IMG/VR virus record: IMGVR_UViG_3300046001_002739
Location: 1-45,434 of that record
Origin: a virus
Taxonomy: Duplodnaviria > Caudoviricetes
Length of the DNA stretch: 45,434 bases
Direction: 5' to 3' (one strand)
Shown: one piece after another, positions 16,705 through 26,531 of the stretch
How the letters are laid out: every line of letters starts with the position of its first letter
Position numbering within the stretch: position 1 is the first letter of the stretch
Notes under the pieces: model-generated
Databases searched by the model: none
Told to the model about the DNA's origin: nothing
What the model saw: the letters and a program-made list of their open reading frames with translations, nothing else
Made by a program: the position numbers and the translations under genes

Positions 16705-19186
16705 CGGTCTGCAAATCGAGCGTCATCGACAGCACCGTGAGCGGTACCGGCAGGTCCTGACGCACGCAGATCGCAGCGTCGGTGTTCCAGCTGGGGTCGA
16801 CGGAAAGCGACAGCTCCCCATCGCGCAGCGCAGGGGGCGAGCCGTAGGGGTCGCTGACCGCGCGGGCCGGGTACTCGCGCAGGCGCGTGAAGTCGGGGCC
16901 CGCCTTGACCAGTGCCGACTGGCTCACGCGCAGGTGCACCTTGTTGATGTTCTTCATCGTGCCCTGCCCCGCGCCCTGCATGCCCTCGATCGCCAGGGGG
17001 AGCGTGCGCAGGTCTGAGGTGAACCCAAGCCCGACGTGGATCTTGCTGGCCGCGGTGCCGAGCGTGATCGCTCCCCCGGTCACAACCTGGGGGACCTCGA
17101 CTGCGCCGTCAGCCAGGATGTCCACGGTCTGGCCTTCGAGGTGGTACAGCCCTGACAACGTGGTGGTCGGGGTGCTGTCGTAGGTCAGCCCAGAGTCCAC
17201 GAAGAACGCGTCCTCGAGCTCGGTGAAAATCCGCGTGCGCAGGCGCTCGATGTAGCGCACGGTGCGCGCGTTCACGGTGCGCTTGACCACCGCGTAGAGC
17301 ACGTCCTCGTTGCCCTCGGCCACTACGCACACGCTCTCGAACGTGCCGTCGGTGTCGTGCGCGTGCCAGCCAAACACCTTCTGGTCTGGCAGGTAGGTCA
17401 TCCCCAGCATCGTGCCGTCGTCGCGCACGGCCCACAGCATGGGGTCGGGTGCACGTGAGAACGCGAGCTGGGTGATGGTGTGGCCGTTGAACCGGTGCGG
17501 CGCCATGACCGAGATGTCGATCGTGCGGTAGGCGCTGGACTCCCAGTTGTAGGCGAGCTCGCGCAGGCGTGAGCCTTGGGCCTGCACGTAGAGGATCGAG
17601 CCGGAGGTGACCACGGGCTGCACGTTGCTTGACCCTGAGTACCCCTGGGGTTTGATGCTGACCGAGGTCGGGGTGACCGCGGGTGCTCCTTCCGCGAAGA
17701 CACGGAACTCGCCGCCGGCGGTGAGCGCGATCAGGTCAGAGAGCGGCACCAGGTGGCGGATCTGGTTGTACTGGCTGTTGGCCACGCGCAGTTCCATGCC
17801 GTCGGCCTCTTGCGAGGGGATGCTCGATGTCAGGTTCGCCTCGGTGCCTGTACGGGTAGCCCACAGCACCTGGGGCTTGTCGTTGGTGCCCGCGAACCAC
17901 CGGCGCTGCTCGTGGTAGGTGGTGGCGCTCGGGTAGTCGCCCGTGACGCTGTTGAGCGCGATGATGTCCTCTGGCGGCGACTTGGTGGTGTCGGCCAGGA
18001 CGTTGTCGTCCTTGAGCGTGAGCGCTGCAACACTGGCTGTGCCGCCGGTCGAGGACAGGACGCTGACGCTTCTCCGGGCAAAGGTGAACGTGGTCGTGTT
18101 CTCGACCGTCACCGACCAGCTGCCGTCGAAGTAGGTGGTGCCCTCAAGCAGGACGATGTTGCCGGTGGTGTAGCCGTGCACGGCGGCGGTCACTACGCGC
18201 ACGCGCTTGGCGACGAACAGGCTTGCCAAGTCGTAGGGCGTGGAGCTGGTGATGGTGATCGGCAGCGCACCGGTTTCGGATGCGATCTGCCCGATGTAGC
18301 CGTAGGTGCCCCCGCGCTGCTTGTAGACGTTGTACCGGGTACTGCCCGCGACCGCATCCCAGGTGACGGTGTTGAAGTTGCCGGCCAGGGTCAGGTTGTT
18401 GGTGGCGCTGGCGCTGGCACTCATCAGCGATTCGGTCACACCGTCAGAGGCCACCGCGGTGACCCCATAGTTCTGGCCGGTCAGGTTGGTGGCGACCGCC
18501 ACGGTGGGCGTGACGGCCACGTTCAAGGGCACGTCGCTCGGCGCTGCGAACGAGACGTCGGTCAGGGTCCAGTCGGTGGCACCCAGTCGGGCGAGCTCGC
18601 GCGCGGGGTAGGTCGGGTGGACGATCGTGATGATGTCCGCGCTCTGCGCGAAGTGCAGGTCGAACAGGTCGGCAGCAGCGTAGGTGCTGGTGAGCGTGTA
18701 GGCCCTTGCGGACGTCGACCCACTGGCCGTGGTGGCTGCTGCCCACAAGTCCTTGGTCGTGAACGTGTTCGCGGCGGTGACCGTGACCTTGTGCCAACGC
18801 GAACCGATGTAGACCCAGTCGCCGGTGGTGTAGCCGTGGTTGCCGGTGGTGGTGACGATCGAGCCCACGATCGAGGTGATCGCCACGGTGTCCTCGAGCA
18901 GTGTGGCCCCGCCAAGGTGGAAGCGGACGTAGAGGTCGCCGAACTCCAGCACCACGGTCTGGGTGGCGGAGAACGAGAACGGAATCAGGCGCACGGCGCT
19001 GGCGCTGGTCTTGGCCTCGTTGACGAACTCGAACCCCGGGCGGCGAGTGGCTGGGCCGTGGGGGAGCGTGATGAAGTTGCGGCACAGGGACAGGCCGGTC
19101 TGGAACGCGGTCAGGTCGAGTCGCCCGGCCAGTTCGTTGGTAATCTCCCCACCCGCAAAGCTGCGCAGCAGCGACTTGGTGCTCAT
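16697..19186 (-). CDS. Tail nozzle / tubular protein B
   Basis: SFAGGEI...RRPG N-terminus, YPSATTYHEQRRWFAG, 829 aa; synteny. Confidence 0.85.
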   Translation of the reverse strand: MSTKSLLRSFAGGEITNELAGRLDLTAFQTGLSLCRNFITLPHGPATRRPGFEFVNEAKTSASAVRLIPFSFSATQTVVLEFGDLYVRFHLGGATLLEDTVAITSIVGSIVTTTGNHGYTTGDWVYIGSRWHKVTVTAANTFTTKDLWAAATTASGSTSARAYTLTSTYAAADLFDLHFAQSADIITIVHPTYPARELARLGATDWTLTDVSFAAPSDVPLNVAVTPTVAVATNLTGQNYGVTAVASDGVTESLMSASASATNNLTLAGNFNTVTWDAVAGSTRYNVYKQRGGTYGYIGQIASETGALPITITSSTPYDLASLFVAKRVRVVTAAVHGYTTGNIVLLEGTTYFDGSWSVTVENTTTFTFARRSVSVLSSTGGTASVAALTLKDDNVLADTTKSPPEDIIALNSVTGDYPSATTYHEQRRWFAGTNDKPQVLWATRTGTEANLTSSIPSQEADGMELRVANSQYNQIRHLVPLSDLIALTAGGEFRVFAEGAPAVTPTSVSIKPQGYSGSSNVQPVVTSGSILYVQAQGSRLRELAYNWESSAYRTIDISVMAPHRFNGHTITQLAFSRAPDPMLWAVRDDGTMLGMTYLPDQKVFGWHAHDTDGTFESVCVVAEGNEDVLYAVVKRTVNARTVRYIERLRTRIFTELEDAFFVDSGLTYDSTPTTTLSGLYHLEGQTVDILADGAVEVPQVVTGGAITLGTAASKIHVGLGFTSDLRTLPLAIEGMQGAGQGTMKNINKVHLRVSQSALVKAGPDFTRLREYPARAVSDPYGSPPALRDGELSLSVDPSWNTDAAICVRQDLPVPLTVLSMTLDLQTGG

Positions 19187-19815
19187 GCTCGGCTGCGCAG
19201 TTGCGCGGGTGTGAACTCGGTCTGGGTGGAGCTCGCGTTGGCGGAGGCCGTGGCGGACACGTCGGCCAGGCTCATCGCGCGCTGGCGCATGGCGTCGCCG
19301 ATTTTCATGCCTTCGCTGCCCTTGATCACCGGCCCGGCCAGGTAGCTGGCCAGCAGGTAGGACAGGGCCGAGGTGAAGCTCGGTGTGAATTTGGTCGCGT
19401 CTGTCTGGTCGCGCACATAGAGCAGCACGGCGTCGGGTTCGTTGCTGTAGAGCGTCGTTCCCTCAATCTCGTAGCTGGCGCTGGCGCTGTCGTTGACGGA
19501 GAGTGTGGCCTCGTCCTGCGTGAACACGGTCACCCCCAGTGCGGGGGTCAGCACGCGCAGGGGGCGCAAACAGTCAGAGGGCTTGGTGTAGGCGTAGGCC
19601 CAGGCGTCACTGGTGTTGGTGATTGAGGCCAAGGTTGCACGGGCGAGGGTGAACGCCCAACTGCCGGGTTCTAGCATCTCGGTGCGCGCTTGATCGTAGA
19701 AGATGGCGCAGTGACCCGCCTCGGCGCTGCCGTCGGGTGGCGAGATGGCGGACACGCGAGCGTCCGCGCCGATATGGCTCAAGGCCATGTTGCAGATTTG
19801 GACGACTGAGGGCAT
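19183..19815 (-). CDS. Head-tail adaptor / tubular protein A
   Basis: SVVQICNMALSHIG start; W-x-F and YAY-x-x-P-x-DCL motifs. Confidence 0.85.
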   Translation of the reverse strand: MPSVVQICNMALSHIGADARVSAISPPDGSAEAGHCAIFYDQARTEMLEPGSWAFTLARATLASITNTSDAWAYAYTKPSDCLRPLRVLTPALGVTVFTQDEATLSVNDSASASYEIEGTTLYSNEPDAVLLYVRDQTDATKFTPSFTSALSYLLASYLAGPVIKGSEGMKIGDAMRQRAMSLADVSATASANASSTQTEFTPAQLRSRA

Positions 19816-19836
19816 GTGGGTTCTCCAATGCCGGCC

Positions 19837-19868
19837 AGTTTAGGCGGGGGGTGCTAGAGCACGGACAC
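19837..19868 (-). promoter_or_regulatory. Late promoter 3 (tail/ejection operon)
   Basis: GTGTCCGTG-N17-TAAACT, directly after a terminator. Confidence 0.8.
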
Positions 19869-19874
19869 GCAAAG

Positions 19875-19907
19875 AAAAAGGGCTCACGGTGAGGTGAGCC
19901 CTTTTTT
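19875..19907. terminator. Bidirectional intrinsic terminator after the head genes
   Basis: AAAAAGGGCTCAC-GGTGAG-GTGAGCCCTTTTTT. Confidence 0.9.
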
Positions 19908-19909
19908 GG

Positions 19910-20143
19910 TTACGCCAGGTCGGACTTGGCGTTGACGTCGATAAAGCTCTTGGCTTTGTCGGAGCCCAGCTCGGACAGGGCTTTTGGCTCTGGCTTTGCG
20001 GGTTTCTCCTTCGCGGCCTTGGCCTCGATCGATCCCGTGGGCACGAACCACGAACCCTTGACCCCTTGCGGGATCTCGAGCTCGTCGCCTACGCGCACGC
20101 GGCGCCCGTTGTAAAACGCTGTCTTGGTGGCAACGACTTTCAC
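19910..20143 (-). CDS. Small head-associated hypothetical protein
   Basis: 77-aa ORF after the cement gene. Confidence 0.7.
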   Translation of the reverse strand: MKVVATKTAFYNGRRVRVGDELEIPQGVKGSWFVPTGSIEAKAAKEKPAKPEPKALSELGSDKAKSFIDVNAKSDLA

Positions 20144-20153
20144 GGGCTAGTCC

Positions 20154-20624
20154 TTAGAGCTGGAACGGTGCGTCAAACGACTTCTGGGTCACCGGTGTGG
20201 GTGTCAGGAAGGCGTTGACCTTGCCGGTCGTGGTCGTGGTCGTCGCGGTCGTGCAGAGCACGCCCAGGTAGCGCTCGTACTGACCCTTTGGCAGTTCGAC
20301 CTGCATCAGGGTCTTACCCGCGGCCAACAGCGGGCTGACCGTTGTCGCACCTGTCACCAGCAGCGGTGTCGAGGCGTGGGTCGTGCAGTTGGCCACGACA
20401 CCAGCGCCCAGGGTGGCCAGTGCGTCGGAGACCAGGAACAACTGGACCGTGCCGGCGGCCGCGGCCGTGGCGATCTCGGTGTCGACGCTGATCACAGCGT
20501 ACAAGCCTTCGACGTCATTGACGCCGTCGGTGCCCAGGTCGATCACGTCACCGATCAGTGCCGTGCCCGCTGCCGCTGCCACCGTAGTGGCATCAGCAAA
20601 TTCGTTTCGTTCGTCGAGGATCAT
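20154..20624 (-). CDS. Capsid cement/decoration protein (Bbp16-like)
   Basis: MILDERNEF...DVIDLG...ERYLGV; follows the major capsid gene. Confidence 0.8.
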   Translation of the reverse strand: MILDERNEFADATTVAAAAGTALIGDVIDLGTDGVNDVEGLYAVISVDTEIATAAAAGTVQLFLVSDALATLGAGVVANCTTHASTPLLVTGATTVSPLLAAGKTLMQVELPKGQYERYLGVLCTTATTTTTTGKVNAFLTPTPVTQKSFDAPFQL

Positions 20625-20654
20625 GGTAGTTCCTTAATGTGTGGGGTTGCGGGC

Positions 20655-21662
20655 TTAGACCACGCGGGATTCGGTCGACACCAGCGCGTCGGAGCGGCGC
20701 ACGGGGATGTCGTCGAACGTCATCACTCGTTTGCCAGACACGGTTTCCCACGAGAGATTGCTGGAAACCTTCTCGAGGATACCGAGGCGCAGGTTCTCGC
20801 GGATGTTGCGAGGAACGTACCAGCAAGCACGACCCTTGCCCAATGCAGGGATGCGCTCGGAGGCTTTGATCATCGCTGTGATCAGGGCCTTCTGGTTGGT
20901 AACGGCGGTCGCATCACCGGCGTTCAGCACGCTGAAGTCGATGTTGGCGATGCGCACGAAGTAGCGCCAGTCGCGGATCGTGAGACCCGAGTCCATGCGG
21001 TAGTGGGTGCGGTAGCCTTCCATGCGGCCGTTGGCGCCGTCCACGTTCTCGATCGTGACCTGACCCTTGTCGGTCATCTGCAGACCGCCCATGGAGCCCT
21101 TCGGGTAAATACCGAAGCCGGTCTGTGGACCCCAGACGCACAACCAGATCGACATGTTGTCGGAGCCGGTGCCACCGAAGTCGATGATGTTGTCTGCATT
21201 CTGTGCGGACAAGCTGTTGTAGCGAGGTGCCAGGCCGGTGAAGGCTTCAGGCTCGGTGCCCTCGTTGCCGTAGAACAGCGTCTGTGCGTGCTCCTGGGCC
21301 ATGCCTTCGATGTGGGCGGCGTCCTCAGACAAGCGGAACGCGGCGCTGTTGCCGTTCAGGTCGGCGAGTGCCTTGTCGACTTCAGCGTAGGCTTCCATCA
21401 TGCCGCACGAATCCGTGACCTGTGCGGTCGTGGACTTGCCGGGCTGCACGCCACCGTACAGCTTGCGCCAGGTAGGAGTGGGCAGACCGGTGCGCACGGT
21501 GGTGCGGTGACCCGTCACGAGGTTGCCTTCCTGGAAGGACATGTCCTCGAGGATAGGGTTCTGGGCGGCCATCAGTTCGACGATGGCGTCGATCTTGCCG
21601 TTGGGGTCCAGACGCTTGGACACGTCCAAGAGGGTGGGATTGGTGACAGAGAGAGTAGCCAT
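20655..21662 (-). CDS. Major capsid protein (Bbp17/epsilon15-like)
   Basis: 335 aa, TTVRTGLPTPTWRKLYGGV, DWRYFVRIANID. Confidence 0.92.
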   Translation of the reverse strand: MATLSVTNPTLLDVSKRLDPNGKIDAIVELMAAQNPILEDMSFQEGNLVTGHRTTVRTGLPTPTWRKLYGGVQPGKSTTAQVTDSCGMMEAYAEVDKALADLNGNSAAFRLSEDAAHIEGMAQEHAQTLFYGNEGTEPEAFTGLAPRYNSLSAQNADNIIDFGGTGSDNMSIWLCVWGPQTGFGIYPKGSMGGLQMTDKGQVTIENVDGANGRMEGYRTHYRMDSGLTIRDWRYFVRIANIDFSVLNAGDATAVTNQKALITAMIKASERIPALGKGRACWYVPRNIRENLRLGILEKVSSNLSWETVSGKRVMTFDDIPVRRSDALVSTESRVV

Positions 21663-21678
21663 TTGGAATACCTTTCAA

Positions 21679-22248
21679 TTAATTCATGGAGGGGAACATG
21701 CGCTTGGCCATGTCGATCGCCTGGCCCTTGGCGCCACCGGTCACGAAACGGTCTTCACTGATGGCCTGACCGATCTTGTAGAAGGCCTTGATCACTGCGG
21801 GGTGGTTGCCAAAGCCCGTGCTGTTGAGCACGTCCTTCAACTCCGGGGTCCCGAAGGTATCGAGCGCCTTGCGCGCCACGCCCAGGTTCTCGGCGAGTTT
21901 GTCGCCACCGATTTCTTTGTCGGTCTTGACGCTCTCGGTCCATGACTCCACCAGCTTGGCGTGGTTGTCGGCTTGGCGTTGGGCCATCTTGGCACCCACG
22001 TCTGCAAACTTCTGCGCGTCTACTGCTGAGAGCTTGAGCTCCTTGGCGATCGCGGTGAACTCGGTGGCAGCTTCCTGGTCGAGTGCGACACCGTCGGGCA
22101 TCTTCAGTTCATAGCTCTCGGGCACTGCCGGGGCAGTGACTTCGGGCGTGGCTGCAGGCGCCGCCGTGTCTACGGTCTGGTCATCAGTTTTCAGGTCCCC
22201 AGCGTTGTTGGTACTTGTGCTGGCTTCCGCTGTCGTCGATTCAATCAT
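21679..22248 (-). CDS. Scaffolding protein
   Basis: PESYELKMPDG, GNHPAVIKAF; immediately upstream of the capsid gene. Confidence 0.8.
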   Translation of the reverse strand: MIESTTAEASTSTNNAGDLKTDDQTVDTAAPAATPEVTAPAVPESYELKMPDGVALDQEAATEFTAIAKELKLSAVDAQKFADVGAKMAQRQADNHAKLVESWTESVKTDKEIGGDKLAENLGVARKALDTFGTPELKDVLNSTGFGNHPAVIKAFYKIGQAISEDRFVTGGAKGQAIDMAKRMFPSMN

Positions 22249-22556
22249 TTGTGATTCTCGGCAATCAATTTATGAAATCCGTTGGGTGAGGCTTCGCTGA
22301 CTTCTGCAAGAAGAAACAGGCCCATGTCGCGCTTACCTTCGTTGTGTGCCATCACGCTGCCGGAATGGTTGAAGGAGCTGCGATAGATGCCTGCCCTATC
22401 GAGCAGTCGCCAAATGATGCGTCGTCCTTGGACGTTGCCCGCCAGCCACTGCAGATCGGAGACCTCCAACTTGCGGATCTCGCGGGCCGTGCGCTCTTCG
22501 AGCAGGGCTTCGCGCTCTTGCAAGCGGGTGTCGGTAGGATCGTAAGGGGTTGACAT
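22245..22556 (-). CDS. Bbp19-like head protein (probably leaderless)
   Basis: GRRIIWRLL...AHNEGKRDMG motif; ATG 7 nt after the -10 of late promoter 4. Confidence 0.75.
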   Translation of the reverse strand: MSTPYDPTDTRLQEREALLEERTAREIRKLEVSDLQWLAGNVQGRRIIWRLLDRAGIYRSSFNHSGSVMAHNEGKRDMGLFLLAEVSEASPNGFHKLIAENHK

Positions 22557-22563
22557 GACGCGC

Positions 22564-22595
22564 ATCGTAGTGCGCGCTGTTTGCCACACGGACAC
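22564..22595 (-). promoter_or_regulatory. Late promoter 4 (scaffold/capsid)
   Basis: GTGTCCGTG-N17-TACGAT. Confidence 0.8.
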
Positions 22596-22596
22596 G

Positions 22597-22857
22597 CTAC
22601 ATGCCTGCGCGTGCTCGGGCCTCGATTTCGTAGGGGCTGTTGCGGTAGCCGTAGCGCATCAAGTACCAGACCACCTTCAGTGTCCAGACCACCGCGCCGT
22701 CGCGTTGGATTTGTTCGAGGTGGACCTGTTCATGTGCGAGCAAACGCTCGTGGCCCAGGTGCTCGGGTCTGCAGTAGATCACGCGCCACGGGGTGGTCAC
22801 CGCCCACGCGCCGGTGGCGCGCAGGAACCAGAGGATCAGTCCGGCGGCTTCGGTCAT
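22597..22857 (-). CDS. Small HExxH zincin-like protein
   Basis: LLAHEQVHLEQ...PYEIEAR. Confidence 0.65.
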   Translation of the reverse strand: MTEAAGLILWFLRATGAWAVTTPWRVIYCRPEHLGHERLLAHEQVHLEQIQRDGAVVWTLKVVWYLMRYGYRNSPYEIEARARAGM

Positions 22858-24548
22858 AGCGAGGACGCGCTCGGTGCGCCGTAGCCCATGAGGCTGGACA
22901 TCAGGTCCTTGGCCTCGGCGACGTTGCCGAGGTTGGTGTCGCCGACCGCCTTCATGGCGTCGACCGTGGCGGGCATCGCGGCAGCCGTTTGTGCTGCCTG
23001 CTGCGCCTTCGCCCGTTCGGCCCTGATCTGCGCGACCACGTCGTCGGGGATGATCAGCTTCGGGTTGACGCCGAACATCTCGCTGTAGTCGTCGATCGCT
23101 TGGTCGAGGTCGACCTTGTCGAGGATGTCGGGCTTGAGCGCAGCGAGCTGGCCTACGGTGCCCAGCAACCGGTCGATGCCTTGGCTCGCCACCGCGCGCT
23201 GTGCTTGCGCCAGCACAGAGATGAACTCGACCTTGAGGTTGATGCCCTCGATCTCGGGCGGTGCCTCGGGCAGGATGCCGGCAGAGCTTGCGTAGTTGAA
23301 CGCGATGTCGATCAGCGGGCTCAAGAGCTCGTTCTGCAGGCGCTCGAGCACGGGTCCTAGCATCAAAAGTTTCTCTTCATGGCGCTCGGCGATCTCGGTG
23401 GCCGTGGTGCCAGAGCGTGTGTCGTTGGCCAGCATCAGGAACAGGTCGGCGTAGTACGACTGGCGGATGCGCTCGCGCACGTCCTGGATGTCGCCCATCA
23501 GGTGCTGCAGGTTCAGGTTCACGTCGAACGCACTGCGCACGCCTTGGCCACTGCCCATGCTGTCGACGTAGAACACACCGCCCGGCAACCGTGCGCGGGC
23601 TGCTTCCTTGTACTTGGTGGGCACCTGCAGGGGTGGGTTGACCTGGTAGTCGATCGCCTGGCCCTTGCGCAGTTGCTGGTGCTGGAGCTGCTTCACATCG
23701 CCCAGGCACTCCATGCCGGGGCTGGCGCCGTAGATGTCGTTGCCGGTGACCACCCACCGCGGGGCGAGCACGGGGAAGTTGTCGAAGCCTGACTCACTCA
23801 GGTACTTGTCGAAGTTGTCCTTGCCGGGCTCGAGGTAGAGCGAGGCCCAGCGCTTGTTCTTGCTGTCCTTCTTGCTGAAGTCGCGCCCGGTGCGGGGTTC
23901 GATCATGTGCACCACATCGACCCAGGCGTCGAGCTGGTGGCGCTGGTACAGGTTCTTGACGGTGTCGGACACGTTGTCGAGACCGAACTGCTCGACCACC
24001 TGGCCGACCGTCATCTGGAACTCGCGCACGCAGGTGTCGACCACGCCCTTGGCACTGGTGGCGAGGCTGTACTCGCCCGCGGTCAGTGGGTAGTGGTGGA
24101 TCACGTTGTCGAAGTCGGGCAGCACGACCGAGGCAGCGGTGCCGAACAGGCCCAGCTCCTCGTACATCGTGTGCAGGCTGCGGTAGGTGTTGCTGGCGCC
24201 GAACACGGCACGCAGCACGCCTGCGGACTCGTGCAGCCAGGTCTTGACCGCGCCAGACTCCATCAGGTCCTTGTCCTCGATCTCGAGGCGGAACCATGGG
24301 CGGGCCGGGCTGGTCATGCCAGACATCATGCCGGCGGCGAGCGTGCGCACACCGAACACGGCAGTGTTGTCGAGGATGTTGTTCGTGCGCTTGTCGCCCT
24401 TGTTGCGATCGCCTGCGAAGAAGCGGCCCGCGCGGGGCTGCTGGTAGTCACTGATCTCGCGCCAGTGGCTGATCCACGAGGATCGCTCGTTGATCAGCGC
24501 GGCCTTGCGGGCCAGCGTGCGCTGTCGGCGGTTGATCGGTTCGTCCAT
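22854..24548 (-). CDS. Portal (head-to-tail connector)
   Basis: 564 aa, TSPARPWF, TATEIAERHEEKLLMLGPVLERL. Confidence 0.92.
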   Translation of the reverse strand: MDEPINRRQRTLARKAALINERSSWISHWREISDYQQPRAGRFFAGDRNKGDKRTNNILDNTAVFGVRTLAAGMMSGMTSPARPWFRLEIEDKDLMESGAVKTWLHESAGVLRAVFGASNTYRSLHTMYEELGLFGTAASVVLPDFDNVIHHYPLTAGEYSLATSAKGVVDTCVREFQMTVGQVVEQFGLDNVSDTVKNLYQRHQLDAWVDVVHMIEPRTGRDFSKKDSKNKRWASLYLEPGKDNFDKYLSESGFDNFPVLAPRWVVTGNDIYGASPGMECLGDVKQLQHQQLRKGQAIDYQVNPPLQVPTKYKEAARARLPGGVFYVDSMGSGQGVRSAFDVNLNLQHLMGDIQDVRERIRQSYYADLFLMLANDTRSGTTATEIAERHEEKLLMLGPVLERLQNELLSPLIDIAFNYASSAGILPEAPPEIEGINLKVEFISVLAQAQRAVASQGIDRLLGTVGQLAALKPDILDKVDLDQAIDDYSEMFGVNPKLIIPDDVVAQIRAERAKAQQAAQTAAAMPATVDAMKAVGDTNLGNVAEAKDLMSSLMGYGAPSASSL

Positions 24549-24673
24549 CAGTAGCCTAGCAGGCGAAGCGCGACACGCTGGGCGCCGAAGGGCAAGCGTG
24601 TGGTCTGGTGCAACAACCAGACGCGAATGCGGCCGGCCCTGGTCATAGGGGCGTAGAAGTTTTTAGCATCCAT
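24548..24673 (-). CDS. 41-aa hypothetical protein (not in the ORF track)
   Basis: MDAKNFYAPM...LLGY; fills the gap, with TGATG coupling to the portal. Confidence 0.5.
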   Translation of the reverse strand: MDAKNFYAPMTRAGRIRVWLLHQTTRLPFGAQRVALRLLGY

Positions 24674-24675
24674 GA

Positions 24676-24861
24676 TCAGCCGCCCAGCAGCGAGGTGCGA
24701 CCGGTGGCGGCCGTGGCCACGCCAGAGGGACCGGTGAGCAGCGAGCCGCCGGTAATGCCCGCGCGGTTCTTCTTGCCCTTGTCCAGCAGTGCAGCGCTAT
24801 CGGGCTGCTTGATCTCTTGCGGGGGTGGTGGTGGCGCGGGGATGTCGGGGCTCATGCACAT
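24676..24861 (-). CDS. Small Pro-rich virion-associated protein
   Basis: MCMSPDIPAPPPPP...TSLLGG, typical pre-portal podophage gene; GAGG RBS. Confidence 0.75.
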   Translation of the reverse strand: MCMSPDIPAPPPPPQEIKQPDSAALLDKGKKNRAGITGGSLLTGPSGVATAATGRTSLLGG

Positions 24862-24887
24862 GTTGCGGTTCCTCAAAGGTTCCGCGC

Positions 24888-24919
24888 ATTGTGCAGAGCG
24901 TGCAGCCTTGCACGGACAC
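24888..24919 (-). promoter_or_regulatory. Late promoter 5 (portal)
   Basis: GTGTCCGTG-N17-CACAAT. Confidence 0.75.
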
Positions 24920-24920
24920 G

Positions 24921-26531
24921 CTACCGCTTGCTGTATGGGTCGTAGTCGAGCACGTTGTCGGGAACGCTCTCCCGGTCGAGGTATCGCAGCGCTCGCACCT
25001 TGGGGGTGTCCATGCGTGCCAGGATGACCGCGCTGGCCCGGTCGGGGCTGCGACCTACGCGCGACACGATCGACTCACGAGACTCGACCTTGATGGTCAG
25101 GCCCGACATCTCCCAGCGTGGGGCGCAGAGTTCCTTGAGCAGCTCGGGGTCGGGCGGTAGGCAGATCCCGTTGTTGGCGTCGGGGTCGAGGTCCTCACGC
25201 ATCTGCCACCACGATTGGCTGCGCAGGTTGAAGAAGCTCAGGCGCCCCGACTTGTCCATGCTGGTGGCCTTCTCGCTCACGTTGATGCCATAGACTGGCT
25301 GGCTGGCCTCGGTCAGCACGTCGAATGGGCTGGCACCTACGCCGATCACGTCCAGGTGGATGGGTGCGTGGTCTCGGTGCTCGGCAATCACCAAGCCAGC
25401 GACGACGCGCCCGTTGGGGGTCTCGGTGCCTGGGTACATGGACAGCCGGTCGTACCAGTGCTCGGTCTCCTCGGTCTTGTGGCGCCGCGCGATGGCGGTG
25501 CTGTCCTTGCCTCCACGCGCCACGTCCACGCCCATCGACAACATTTCGCCCTTGCGAGCGCGTTCCTTCCATCGGTTCATAGCGATCTCGGCCCACGCGG
25601 TCGGTACTACCTGCCATGGGTCGTCCTGCTGGCCCGCCTCGAAGTTGCCGTTCAGCATCTGGCTGCGCAGGGGCTCGGGCAACGCCTGCAGCTGGGCCAT
25701 GTACCCGGTGCTGACCAGGAACGGGTTGTCAGTGATGCGGGATGGCACGAAGGTGCGGCTCTCAGGCTGCACGATCTCCTCGGGCCGGTAGTCGTCGGGG
25801 TTGAAGTCGTAGGTGCGCACGCCGGCAATGAGTACGAACGGGCGGTGGTCGTCATCTGCAATCCACACGTCGTTGCCGGTCTCCGGGTCAACGTACACGT
25901 AGCGCAGCTTGCCGGGGCCGGTCGGGTACAGCGTATGTCGCTTGTCCAGCCAGGGGGCAAAGAACCCAATCACCCACCGCCCTTCGGCGTTGGTGGGTGG
26001 GTTGAACGTCATCAACGTGCGCGTGCGCTGCCCGGGGCGTGTGGTGCGCACCCAGCCCTTGACGAAGCGCACCTGCTGCTCGAGGAAGTTGGCCGCCTCG
26101 TCGATCACCAGCAGGTCCTTGGGCCTCCCCTGGTATTTTGTCTCGTCACCCAGGTTGGGCATGGAGTTGAACTCGATCTGCCGGTCGTCGGCGTCGCGGT
26201 ACACCGCGGGCTTGCCGTTGATCAGGTCGCGCGAGCCCACGATCTCGGCCAGTCGGTCGATCACGCCAGTGAGCTGCGGGCCCTCACGCCGAAAGAACTG
26301 CGTGCGGTAGTGCTCCTCGGTGGCCAGCCCGATGGCCAGGTCGGTCTTGCCACCACCAGCAGCACCTCCAAAACCGATCACGTCGGCCTTGGACTCGTAG
26401 GCCATGGTCTGGGGTCCAGGCAGTGGCCGCCACGCGTGTTGCTTGATGTCGGCTGCAATGAGGCTATTGAGCTCGTCGCGCTCGGCCGGGGTCAGGTAGC
26501 GCTCTAGACTGCGCGCTTCCTTCGGGGTCAT
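24921..26531 (-). CDS. terL: Terminase large subunit
   Basis: Walker A GGAAGGGKT, Walker B LLVIDEA, TFNP, nuclease GVDVARGGKDST. Confidence 0.93.
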   Translation of the reverse strand: MTPKEARSLERYLTPAERDELNSLIAADIKQHAWRPLPGPQTMAYESKADVIGFGGAAGGGKTDLAIGLATEEHYRTQFFRREGPQLTGVIDRLAEIVGSRDLINGKPAVYRDADDRQIEFNSMPNLGDETKYQGRPKDLLVIDEAANFLEQQVRFVKGWVRTTRPGQRTRTLMTFNPPTNAEGRWVIGFFAPWLDKRHTLYPTGPGKLRYVYVDPETGNDVWIADDDHRPFVLIAGVRTYDFNPDDYRPEEIVQPESRTFVPSRITDNPFLVSTGYMAQLQALPEPLRSQMLNGNFEAGQQDDPWQVVPTAWAEIAMNRWKERARKGEMLSMGVDVARGGKDSTAIARRHKTEETEHWYDRLSMYPGTETPNGRVVAGLVIAEHRDHAPIHLDVIGVGASPFDVLTEASQPVYGINVSEKATSMDKSGRLSFFNLRSQSWWQMREDLDPDANNGICLPPDPELLKELCAPRWEMSGLTIKVESRESIVSRVGRSPDRASAVILARMDTPKVRALRYLDRESVPDNVLDYDPYSKR

